Assembly: GCA_947478395.1 (NCBI GenBank)
Contig: CANJVR010000004.1
Coordinates: 160,001 to 224,000, forward strand
DNA from: Opitutia bacterium
GTDB lineage: Bacteria > Verrucomicrobiota > Verrucomicrobiia > Opitutales > Opitutaceae
DNA: 64,000 bases
Reading direction: 5' to 3'
The notes under the pieces were generated by a model. It had not been told where the DNA came from and did not search any database. It saw nothing but the letters and a program-made list of their open reading frames with translations. Positions 27,760-35,786 of this stretch are shown one piece after another; positions within the stretch are counted from its first letter, which is position 1, and each line of letters begins with the position of its first letter. The translations under genes were made by a program, and so were the position numbers.

Positions 27760-28578
27760 TTAAAAGTTTCCGTTCCGCAGAAAACGCACGGCTCGTTTCG
27801 CGGTTTCGGCCCGAGCGGGTAGCCACGTATGCGAATAGGGCAGGACGATGTGCGCTGTCTCACCGGTAAGATGCGTGCTGGTCACCGCGACTTTTCCGTC
27901 GTCCGGTCCTCCGAGCCACGCGGAGAAGATCGGGTTAAACGAAAAATTACCGGCGATCACGCCCAGTTCACCGCGCGTGCCAGGCCACGGCCCTAGCGCG
28001 CGCGGCAAGCTCGCCGGCGCGGGATCAAGGCGCACCCCGTTCACTCCGGTGAGCCAGCGGAAGGGCGGGAAATTTTTCAGACGGGCCGAAACTTCGCTGC
28101 CTTGATTTGGCGGCGCGATCATCACGACCCGGTGAACCCGAGCCTCCGGATGTTCGCGCAAATAAAGCCGCAACAGAATGCCACCCATGGAATGGGTGAC
28201 GAAATGCAACCGCGTCGCCGGGTCCGAAACGTTCGTCCGGAGCTGCGCCGGCAGCCAGTCGCGCGCGAGCGTTTCGAGCGGGATGGTGCGGGAATCATAA
28301 CTTAGATTTACGACCCGAAAGCCCGACGCGGTCAGTGCTCTTTCGAGTCGAACCATCGACGCCCCGCTGCGGCCGAGGCCGTGGAGGAGTACAACGGTTT
28401 CGGGTTGGGCGTGCAGCATGGCGGCGAAAATAATCTGAATGATGAAAAAAAGAAAAATCGATCGGTGAGGGCGCCGGATTTTTTTACAGGAGTAAAACCG
28501 AGGGAGCGAAGGTCGGAACGATTGGTCCTTTTTTCCCTCGTTTGTCCTCCCGCGAAGATGGATTGAGTCCGGTATCAT
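27760..28578 (-). CDS. Alpha/beta hydrolase (lipase/esterase-like)
   Basis: VVLLHGLGR, THSMGG nucleophile elbow, APPNQGS, DDGKV, SHT. Start uncertain (possibly 28419). Confidence 0.88.
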   Translation of the reverse strand: MIPDSIHLRGRTNEGKKDQSFRPSLPRFYSCKKIRRPHRSIFLFFIIQIIFAAMLHAQPETVVLLHGLGRSGASMVRLERALTASGFRVVNLSYDSRTIPLETLARDWLPAQLRTNVSDPATRLHFVTHSMGGILLRLYLREHPEARVHRVVMIAPPNQGSEVSARLKNFPPFRWLTGVNGVRLDPAPASLPRALGPWPGTRGELGVIAGNFSFNPIFSAWLGGPDDGKVAVTSTHLTGETAHIVLPYSHTWLPARAETAKRAVRFLRNGNF

Positions 28579-29438
28579 CGCCGGTCCCGCAGCCCGACCG
28601 CGGCTCGCAGGGTGACGGCCACTAGCACCACTCCGCCGCCTAGTAACGCGCGCGGGCTCGGTCTTTCGCCGAAGGCGAGGAGCACCCAGATCGGATTGAG
28701 AATCGGTTCGATGACCGGGAGCAGCACGGCTTCCAGTGCGGTCACGTGCCGAATCGCCCGCGCGTAGAGTTGATAGGAGATGCCGAGTTGCACGACGCCG
28801 AGTAAAACGAGTGCGAGCCAGCCGCCGGGCGTGGGGAGATGCGGCGCCGTGAGCATGAATGGCAGGCCGATCCCGAACGCCAGGGCGTTGCCGAGGATGA
28901 TGGATTCAATGGCCGACGAATTCTTTTGTTTCCGCATGAGGAGCGTCATGGCCGCAAACGCGACTCCGCTGAGGACCGCGAGTGCGTTGCCCAACACGCC
29001 GCTGAATTGAAGGTCGTCGGAAAAAAACAAGCCCATCCCAACGAACACCGCCGCGATCGCGCCCCAGTCGGCGCGGGTCGTGCGCTCGCCGAGCAGCCAC
29101 GCGCCAAAGAGCGCGACCCAAACGGGCGCGGTGTATTGGAGCAGAATGGCGTTAGCCGCGGTCGTGAGTTTCGTGGCGGTGACGAAGAGAACGGTGCAAC
29201 CCGCATAAGCGACCGCGGCCCCAAGCTGGAGCGGCGACCACGTGAAACGCAGCGCCCGGCGATTCAGTGCAATTAGAAAAATTGCGGCAATTGCGCCGCG
29301 TCCGCCTGCCACCGCGAGCGGAGGCCAATCGGCGCGTTTGATGAGCAGGCCGCCGAGACTCCAGCACAGAGCGGCCAGAAACAGCTGGCCGACGGCGCGG
29401 GTGTGGTCGGCAGGTTTGCTCACGCGAAGCTCGTGCAT
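28575..29438 (-). CDS. DMT/EamA family transporter
   Basis: CWSLGGLLIK, TTAANAILLQYTAP, IEPILNPIWV. Confidence 0.9.
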   Translation of the reverse strand: MHELRVSKPADHTRAVGQLFLAALCWSLGGLLIKRADWPPLAVAGGRGAIAAIFLIALNRRALRFTWSPLQLGAAVAYAGCTVLFVTATKLTTAANAILLQYTAPVWVALFGAWLLGERTTRADWGAIAAVFVGMGLFFSDDLQFSGVLGNALAVLSGVAFAAMTLLMRKQKNSSAIESIILGNALAFGIGLPFMLTAPHLPTPGGWLALVLLGVVQLGISYQLYARAIRHVTALEAVLLPVIEPILNPIWVLLAFGERPSPRALLGGGVVLVAVTLRAAVGLRDRR

Positions 29439-29891
29439 GGCGAAGACTGCGGATGTGCGCACGTCGAAAAATAAATCGGCCTGATCCACTCGGCACCGGA
29501 GCGCCATCGCTCGCACGACTGGACTCATGCGGTGGTTTGCGCGAACGCAGGTTTGGATTTCCTCCAGACAAAAGGTAAACGCAGGGTCGGTTGAGTCGCG
29601 CATCGGCAAACGCGGGCTTTCGCGCCTCGCGCGCAGTCTCGGTGTTCGTTTGGGCGCAATCGCGGCCCGTGCTCGCGGCGCGATAGGCCGCGATTTCCGG
29701 TGCCTTCGCGCGATGTCCCCACCACGCGCCCGCTGTGGCTCACGCTTGGATGGCGACCGCAAACCTGCCGCCCGAACTCAGGGCGATTTTGGCCAAACGA
29801 TCCGCGGTCCAATTGAGTGTGGCCGGACCAAACGCTGAGTTTGCCGACCGGAGAAAATTCAGTTCCGGTATTGGTTAGTTCCGTCGCACCC

Positions 29892-30941
29892 ATGAAGCGT
29901 TTTTTATCTCTGCTGATACGCATCGGCCTGATCTTGGGCTCCGTCGCGCAGGTGCTGGCCGCGGTCGCGGTCGATGACGGGCTGGCAAAATTCGGCCGGC
30001 TGACGCGTGGCGACGTCGCGCCCGCGTTTAAGGCCATGGGCCGCGAGGGTAAGGAGGTGAAGCTGGCCGATTTCAAGGGCCGCCCGGTATTGATCGCGTT
30101 TTGCGCGGCGACGGGTCCGCGCGATGCGTTGTTGCAACTCAACGCTGAGTTTCACGACCAAGGTCTCGCGCTGCTGTTAATTTTTTCCGGGACGCCGAAA
30201 GCCGTTTTTGAGGCGTGGGTGGCGAAGAACCCGCCGATTGACGGCGTCACCGTCGCCTGGGACGGCGCAGCGCGCACGGCGCCCGAGAGCATTGCTGGGG
30301 TCATTTTCGGACTGAGCGTGATTCCCGCCACGGGTGTAATCGACCAAGAGGGCAAGCTGGTTGGCGGCTTCGTCGGCTTCGGTTCGCAGTCGCCGCAGTT
30401 CGCGAGTTCGCTGCTGGTCGCGGCGGGATTGAAGTCCCCCACGCCGGTGTCGCCGCCTCCGGGCGCGGGTGAAAACGGTCCGCCTACGCTCGTCGTTGGA
30501 GCCGTCGCGCCGGATTTTTCCACGACCGATATCACCGCTAAGTTGGTCAAGATTTCTGATTACGCGGGAAAAATCGTCGTCTTGGATTTCTGGGCGACTT
30601 GGTGCGGCCCGTGCGTCGTCTCGATGCAGCACGCGGAAAAAGTTGGAGCGGCGACGAAAACGCAGGGCGTGGTTGTGCTCGCTTCGTGCACCAGCGACAC
30701 GCGCCAGGCTTTCGAGGAGTGGCTCAAGAAAAACCAGCCGACTTATCCGTCGCTCGTGTTTTCCCACGATGCGGCGGAGCGGGGTGAAGCGCGGGCGGCG
30801 CGCAAACTCTATGGGGTGACGGGCATCCCCACGCAGTTCGTGATCGGCCGTGACGGGAAGATTGTCGCGGTGAACGTCGGCTACGGCGAAGGGGATACGC
30901 GGCTCGAGGAAGAATTGAAATCGCTCGGCGTGAAATTCTGA
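29892..30941 (+). CDS. Exported two-domain redoxin (degenerate Trx fold + TlpA WCGPC domain)
   Basis: Signal peptide; first domain APAF...VKLADFKGRPVLIAF lacks CxxC; second has DFWATWCGPC and GIPTQFVIGRDGK. Confidence 0.9.
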   Translation: MKRFLSLLIRIGLILGSVAQVLAAVAVDDGLAKFGRLTRGDVAPAFKAMGREGKEVKLADFKGRPVLIAFCAATGPRDALLQLNAEFHDQGLALLLIFSGTPKAVFEAWVAKNPPIDGVTVAWDGAARTAPESIAGVIFGLSVIPATGVIDQEGKLVGGFVGFGSQSPQFASSLLVAAGLKSPTPVSPPPGAGENGPPTLVVGAVAPDFSTTDITAKLVKISDYAGKIVVLDFWATWCGPCVVSMQHAEKVGAATKTQGVVVLASCTSDTRQAFEEWLKKNQPTYPSLVFSHDAAERGEARAARKLYGVTGIPTQFVIGRDGKIVAVNVGYGEGDTRLEEELKSLGVKF

Positions 30942-30992
30942 AGCACGTAGCGCCGCGCTGGGGCGGTTTAATTTTTTCCGTGGCTGTATGGT

Positions 30993-31062
30993 ATAGCGGC
31001 AGGCGTCCCTGCCTGCCGGGTTCGGCGTCCTCGTTTCGGCAGGCAGGGACGCCTGCCGCTAC
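30993..31062. repeat. REP family A palindrome (copy 2)
   Basis: ATAGCGGCAGGCGTCCCTGCCTGCC...GGCAGGCAGGGACGCCTGCCGCTAC between convergent genes. Confidence 0.9.
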
Positions 31063-31115
31063 CTCGTTCGCGGCTACGCTTTTGCCTGAACCGCTCTAGT
31101 CGTGCCAAAATTTCA

Positions 31116-33206
31116 TCATCCCTTCACCGCATCGAGCACGACGCTCGGACGGAGTAGTTCGGGCAGAATGACGGGTTCGGTTTTCCCGGGGAGCCAGACG
31201 ACGTTGAACGGAACCGCACTGCGCTGGTATTTCGCGAGCTCGGCGGTGATCTGCGGATCTTTGTTCGTCCAGTCGCCGCGCAACGTGACGATTTTCTTGT
31301 CGCGGAAAGTTTTCAGCACCTCCTCCGAGTGGAATACGATCTTTTTGTTCGTCTGACAGGTGGCGCACCAGCGGGCCGTGAAATCGACGTACACCGTGCG
31401 GCCCTCGGCTTGAAGTTTGGCGACGGCTTCGGGGCTCCATTTTTCCCAGACGACATCGGTCGGCGTGGCGGGCATCGGCCAGCCAGTCCACAGGCCGAGC
31501 GCAAAAACCGCGGCGCCCGCGATAAAGCCGAAGCGCGTGCGCCCCGGTTTGGCCCCCGGCTGATTGTATCGGCCATAGACCCACACGCCGAGGGCGATGA
31601 GCACGAGGCCGAACAGCGCCATCAACGAACCGTTCTCGGTGGTCTGCCCGGCGAGCACCCACGCGAGGTAGGCGACAGTGGCATAAAGCGGGAAGGCCAT
31701 GAACTGCTTGAATGTTTCCATCCACGCGCCGGGGCGGGGGAGAATTTTAACGGCGGCGGGAAAAATCGAGAGGAGCAGATAAGGCGTCGCCAACCCGATC
31801 GCGATCGCGGTGAAAACCGCGAACGATTCGACCGTGCTCAACGTCAGCGCCGCGCCGAGAGCCGGGGCAAGAAAGGGTGCGCTGCAAGGCGTGGCGACAA
31901 CCGTCGCGAGCACGCCGGTGAAAAATGAACCGGCCAGCCCTGATTTGACCTGGAGATTTGAACCGACGCCGGTCGCCGCGAGACCGAACTCGAACACGCC
32001 GCTCATGTTCAACGCGAAGACCAACATCACGGCGGCGAGGCCGAAGACGAAGACGGGCGACTGCAGTTGAAATCCCCAGCCAAGCTGGTCGCCGCCGGCC
32101 CGCAGGACAGCGAGGACGGTGGCGAGGGTCCAGAACGAGAGTAACACGCCGAGGGCGAACACGAGGCCGTGCGCGACGACCTTGCTCCGCTCGTGGCCGG
32201 ACTGGTTGACGAAGCCCAAAATCTTGATGCCGATGACGGGAAAAACGCAGGGCATCAGATTCAGGATGAGGCCACCGACCAGCGCCAGCAGTAGCGTCGC
32301 TCCGAGCGAGGCGGGCGCGGCGGCGATGCCGCCGCTCGCTGGTTTTGAGTTGGCCGAGGCGGAGGCGATGGTCGAACCGAGGACGGCCTCGATGCGCAAG
32401 CCGCGGAGCAAATTGTTGGGCAACCAGCCGGTTTCGCTCGTAAGTACGCCGAGAAGTTTAGGCGCGTCTTTGGGCCCGTCGGGAGAAATTGGCAGCGTGA
32501 GCGTGAAACCGCCGGAACCGTCCGGGGAAGTTTTTTGCGGGAGCTCGTAGGCCACGAGACTGTCGTCGGAGAAAAAATGCAGATCGCTCGGCACGTGCGC
32601 GCCGGGCGCTGCGGGCCGGATGGTGAGGGTAACATTTTTCGCGTCACGCGTGGCGGAGGTGGTCCATGCGGCGTCGGCGCGCGGCAGCCCGGCGATCAGC
32701 GCGTTGAGCCGCGGGCCGAAGTTGGCGTCGGACGCGGCGTTGATGGCGACCGGGAGTGAAAGCCGGACTTTGGCGCTGCCGGGCATGCAGACCTCCTCGC
32801 ACATGAGCCATTCGGCCGCGGCTTGCAGATCGATCTGGCTGCCGGGCGCGACATCGGCCGGTGGCGTGAGGATAACGGGAAGCAGGAGATCGCCCTCGTA
32901 GCCATTACCGACGACGGAGCCGGTGCGGTCTTTTAGCACGTGGGGCGCGGGCCACTGAATCTCGCTGGCTTTCCAGCCGGGCGGGAGCGACCACTTGATT
33001 TCGGTGACCAGGCCGGTGCCGGGATTCAGCCAGTAGGTGTGCCAGTGGGCATCATGCTCCAGACGCAGGGCGACCGTGAGCGGTTTGCCGGGCTGGATGG
33101 CGGTATCGGCCGCGACCAGCGAAGCTTTCACGTGTTGCGCGTAAGCCGTGGGCAACAGAACGGTGAGCGCGAACGCGCTGAGGACAAACAAGCGGGAAAC
33201 GTTCAT
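31116..33206 (-). CDS. dsbD: Protein-disulfide reductase DsbD family
   Basis: WHTYWLNPG and CEEVC N-terminal domain; LNLMPCVFPV and ATPCSAPFL membrane cysteines; C-terminal DFTARWCATC. Confidence 0.93.
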   Translation of the reverse strand: MNVSRLFVLSAFALTVLLPTAYAQHVKASLVAADTAIQPGKPLTVALRLEHDAHWHTYWLNPGTGLVTEIKWSLPPGWKASEIQWPAPHVLKDRTGSVVGNGYEGDLLLPVILTPPADVAPGSQIDLQAAAEWLMCEEVCMPGSAKVRLSLPVAINAASDANFGPRLNALIAGLPRADAAWTTSATRDAKNVTLTIRPAAPGAHVPSDLHFFSDDSLVAYELPQKTSPDGSGGFTLTLPISPDGPKDAPKLLGVLTSETGWLPNNLLRGLRIEAVLGSTIASASANSKPASGGIAAAPASLGATLLLALVGGLILNLMPCVFPVIGIKILGFVNQSGHERSKVVAHGLVFALGVLLSFWTLATVLAVLRAGGDQLGWGFQLQSPVFVFGLAAVMLVFALNMSGVFEFGLAATGVGSNLQVKSGLAGSFFTGVLATVVATPCSAPFLAPALGAALTLSTVESFAVFTAIAIGLATPYLLLSIFPAAVKILPRPGAWMETFKQFMAFPLYATVAYLAWVLAGQTTENGSLMALFGLVLIALGVWVYGRYNQPGAKPGRTRFGFIAGAAVFALGLWTGWPMPATPTDVVWEKWSPEAVAKLQAEGRTVYVDFTARWCATCQTNKKIVFHSEEVLKTFRDKKIVTLRGDWTNKDPQITAELAKYQRSAVPFNVVWLPGKTEPVILPELLRPSVVLDAVKG

Positions 33207-33338
33207 GGCGGAGAGTTGATGGGTAAGAACGCTAGGTGCAAACGGACGGTTTCTTCCTGGCCGTAAATAAACTGTCTAGTGGCACAAGGTGAAATTAAGC
33301 GAGGGAAAGAAGGTAACGCGGTGGTGACGCGGCTTTGG

Positions 33339-33434
33339 GTAGGGCGGATTATTCTTAATCCGCCGCATTGGGAGTTGAGCATCGTATTACCGCGAACAGA
33401 GCAGAATCGGCGCGTTAGGGATAACGCGCCCTAC
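33339..33434. repeat. REP family B doublet (copy 2)
   Basis: GTAGGGCGGATTATTCTTAATCCGCCG...CGGCGCGTTAGGGATAACGCGCCCTAC. Confidence 0.88.
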
Positions 33435-33487
33435 CTTGAGAGGGGTGCCCGAAAGGGCGGGGTGTGTCGGTTTATTCACGCGTTGGA

Positions 33488-34432
33488 TTAATTTCCGAAG
33501 AGCTTCGTTGAATAGTACCGCTCGGCGCGGTCGCACAGAATGGTGACCACGCGACTGGCCGGCCCCATCGTGACCGCGGTCCGCAGGGCGGCGATGACAT
33601 TGGCGCCACTCGATGTCCCGACCAACAATCCGAACTCGCGGCTGAGACGGCGCGTCATCGCGATCGCATCGGCGCTGGAGACTTTGATGGCGCCGTCGAG
33701 TTTCGCCTGTCGGAGGAGGGGCGGCACATAGCCGCCGGCGACGCCCTCGATGGAATGGCAGCACGGCATCTCGCCGGAAAGCATCGCGGCTTCCGCGGGC
33801 TCCATCGCGAAAACGCGCACGTTCGGCAGCGCAGCACGCAAAGCCCGGCCGCAGCCGGTGAGCGTGCCGCCGGTGCCGTAACCCGCGACGAACGCGTCCA
33901 CGCGACCTTCCATTTGCGCGAGGATTTCCCGTCCGGTGTGTTGCTCGTGGTCGAGCGCGTTAAGCGGATTTTCGAACTGGTTTGGTAAGAAATAGCGCGC
34001 ATCTTCGGCGGCCATTTTCCGGCTCAGGTCGATGCCGGTCGCGTAGCCATTGGCCGCCGCGAACAGTTGCACCTCGGCGCCGAGTTGGCGCAACAGATGA
34101 CGTCGCTCCACGCTCGCGCCCTCGCTCATCAGGATGTGGACCCGATACCTCTTCGCGGCGCCGACCATGGCCAGCGCGATGCCGGTGTTGCCGCTCGTGC
34201 ATTCGAGAATGACCGAGTCCGGACGCAGTAAATTTCGTTGTTCGGCGTCCTCGATAATCGTGAGCGCGAGCCGATCCTTGATCGAGCCGGAGGGATTCAG
34301 AAATTCGGCCTTGGCGTAGATGGTGACGCCTTCTTGCGCAAACGTCAGGGGTATGAGCGCGGTGTCACCGATGAGTGCAAGCACGGGCGCGCGAGTGGGC
34401 GGTGAAGGCTGGGCCGATGACATCGCCGGCAT
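33488..34432 (-). CDS. PLP-dependent cysteine synthase family protein
   Basis: NPSGSIKDR (PLP lysine), TSGNTG, NQFENP, GTGGT, GTSSGAN. Confidence 0.93.
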   Translation of the reverse strand: MPAMSSAQPSPPTRAPVLALIGDTALIPLTFAQEGVTIYAKAEFLNPSGSIKDRLALTIIEDAEQRNLLRPDSVILECTSGNTGIALAMVGAAKRYRVHILMSEGASVERRHLLRQLGAEVQLFAAANGYATGIDLSRKMAAEDARYFLPNQFENPLNALDHEQHTGREILAQMEGRVDAFVAGYGTGGTLTGCGRALRAALPNVRVFAMEPAEAAMLSGEMPCCHSIEGVAGGYVPPLLRQAKLDGAIKVSSADAIAMTRRLSREFGLLVGTSSGANVIAALRTAVTMGPASRVVTILCDRAERYYSTKLFGN

Positions 34433-34456
34433 GTTTGGGCAACGCGTCGCGGATGC

Positions 34457-34476
34457 AACACGACTAAGGTTAGGTT
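34457..34476 (-). promoter_or_regulatory. Candidate LuxR-type operator upstream of cysteine synthase
   Basis: Minus strand AACCTAACCTTAGTCGTGTT(G), 17/20 identical to the box at 35733, overlapping TTGCAT. Confidence 0.65.
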
Positions 34477-34514
34477 CTGTTCATGTGGGCACCCTGCCAA
34501 CATTTCGTGCCGGT

Positions 34515-35684
34515 TTACCGCAGCACGACCATCAGTTTCGACCGGCTGGTCACGCCGAGTTTTCGAAAAATTCCGCTGAGCTGAACTTTAACGCTGCCTT
34601 CGCTGCGGCTGAGCTTCGCCGCGATTTCCTTGTTGCTGAGCCCGGTGCAAACCAAGTCCGCGAGCGCGCGTTCGGTCGGAGTGAGTTGTCCGCGCAACCG
34701 CTCGGGCGCCGCCTCCGAGCCACCGGCGCCCAAAAGCGCCGCTTCCGGGCTGTGCAGGTGGAGCACGAAAATGGGCTTGGTCAGGGCGCCCGCACTTTCC
34801 CGGCGCAAGGTGATCGCCGCGCGATAGAGTCCGGATGAAACCTCGGTGCCGAGCGGAGCGGGCTCATGCGGCGACTGCGCTTGGTTTTGCCATTCCGGTT
34901 TGAGCGCATGGCAGGCGGCGGCAATTTCCGGCGGGATCTTAAAGACCGCTTGGGGCGTGAACGCCCGCGCCCGTTCGGGTCCGAAATTCCACGCGGCGCA
35001 CAACACGAGCGCTTCCTGGCTCGCGAAAACGGCGTCGAGATTCCAGTCGAGGAACACCACTGCTTCCGGTTTGGCGCGGTAGAAATTTTCCAGCAGACGC
35101 CGCCGGCGCCGCTCGCCTTCGAAGACGCGCACGCGTTCGAACGCCACCGCGATGTGCGGATGCAGCGAGCGCAGCGTTTCCATTTCCTCGACCGTGAAAT
35201 CACCTTGGTCCCCGCGCCGGCGGAGCGCAAAAGAGGTTTCGACTTGTTCGCCCCGCCAGAAAAGGAGATGCGCCGAGTACCGCCACCCGAGTGGAGTCAT
35301 GTACTTCTTATAATAGGGCGTGCGCGGAATCTTTTTCTCGTCCGGCATGACATCGGTGTGCCGGTAGCAGGGAATACCGCGATGGCGCTCGAGAAAAGGG
35401 CCGAAAAACTGGCGGCCCTCCACGGCAACGATGCGGGCTGTGTCCTCATCGTCGACGACGCGCGATTTTGCCGACGTGAGCCGGCGCGTCGTCGATTCGC
35501 TCCGCCAGTCGAGGTAATTGACGGACATCACGAGGGTGTCGTGCGGCACCAGCGTTTCGAGTAGCCGTTGCAGCGCCACCCACAGCTCGGCGAAATCAAC
35601 CGCGCGGTGCAGCCCGAGCAGGACGCGCTGCCCGCGCGAAGAGTGAAGCGCAGCGGCGGACGTGGTTTGCAGAGTCGCGGACAT
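34515..35684 (-). CDS. LuxR-family regulator with N-terminal GAF-like sensor region
   Basis: C-terminal LTPTERALADLVCTGLSNKEIAAKL...VKVQLSGIFRKLGVTSRSKL; YYKKYMTPLG...RRRGDQGDFTVEE...LHPHI. Confidence 0.88.
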   Translation of the reverse strand: MSATLQTTSAAALHSSRGQRVLLGLHRAVDFAELWVALQRLLETLVPHDTLVMSVNYLDWRSESTTRRLTSAKSRVVDDEDTARIVAVEGRQFFGPFLERHRGIPCYRHTDVMPDEKKIPRTPYYKKYMTPLGWRYSAHLLFWRGEQVETSFALRRRGDQGDFTVEEMETLRSLHPHIAVAFERVRVFEGERRRRRLLENFYRAKPEAVVFLDWNLDAVFASQEALVLCAAWNFGPERARAFTPQAVFKIPPEIAAACHALKPEWQNQAQSPHEPAPLGTEVSSGLYRAAITLRRESAGALTKPIFVLHLHSPEAALLGAGGSEAAPERLRGQLTPTERALADLVCTGLSNKEIAAKLSRSEGSVKVQLSGIFRKLGVTSRSKLMVVLR

Positions 35685-35732
35685 GGAACAAGAGACGTGG
35701 GCGCAGCCAAAGCCCGAATCACGGCAGTGCCA

Positions 35733-35752
35733 AACCTAACCTTTGTCAGGTT
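35733..35752 (+). promoter_or_regulatory. 20-bp lux-box-like palindrome upstream of TonB-dependent receptor
   Basis: AACCTAAC-CTTT-GTCAGGTT (7/8 dyad), overlapping TTGAGC, in the luxR/TBDR divergent gap. Confidence 0.7.
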
Positions 35753-35786
35753 GAGCGCGCACTGGACGTGCTCACGTTGGTGCACC

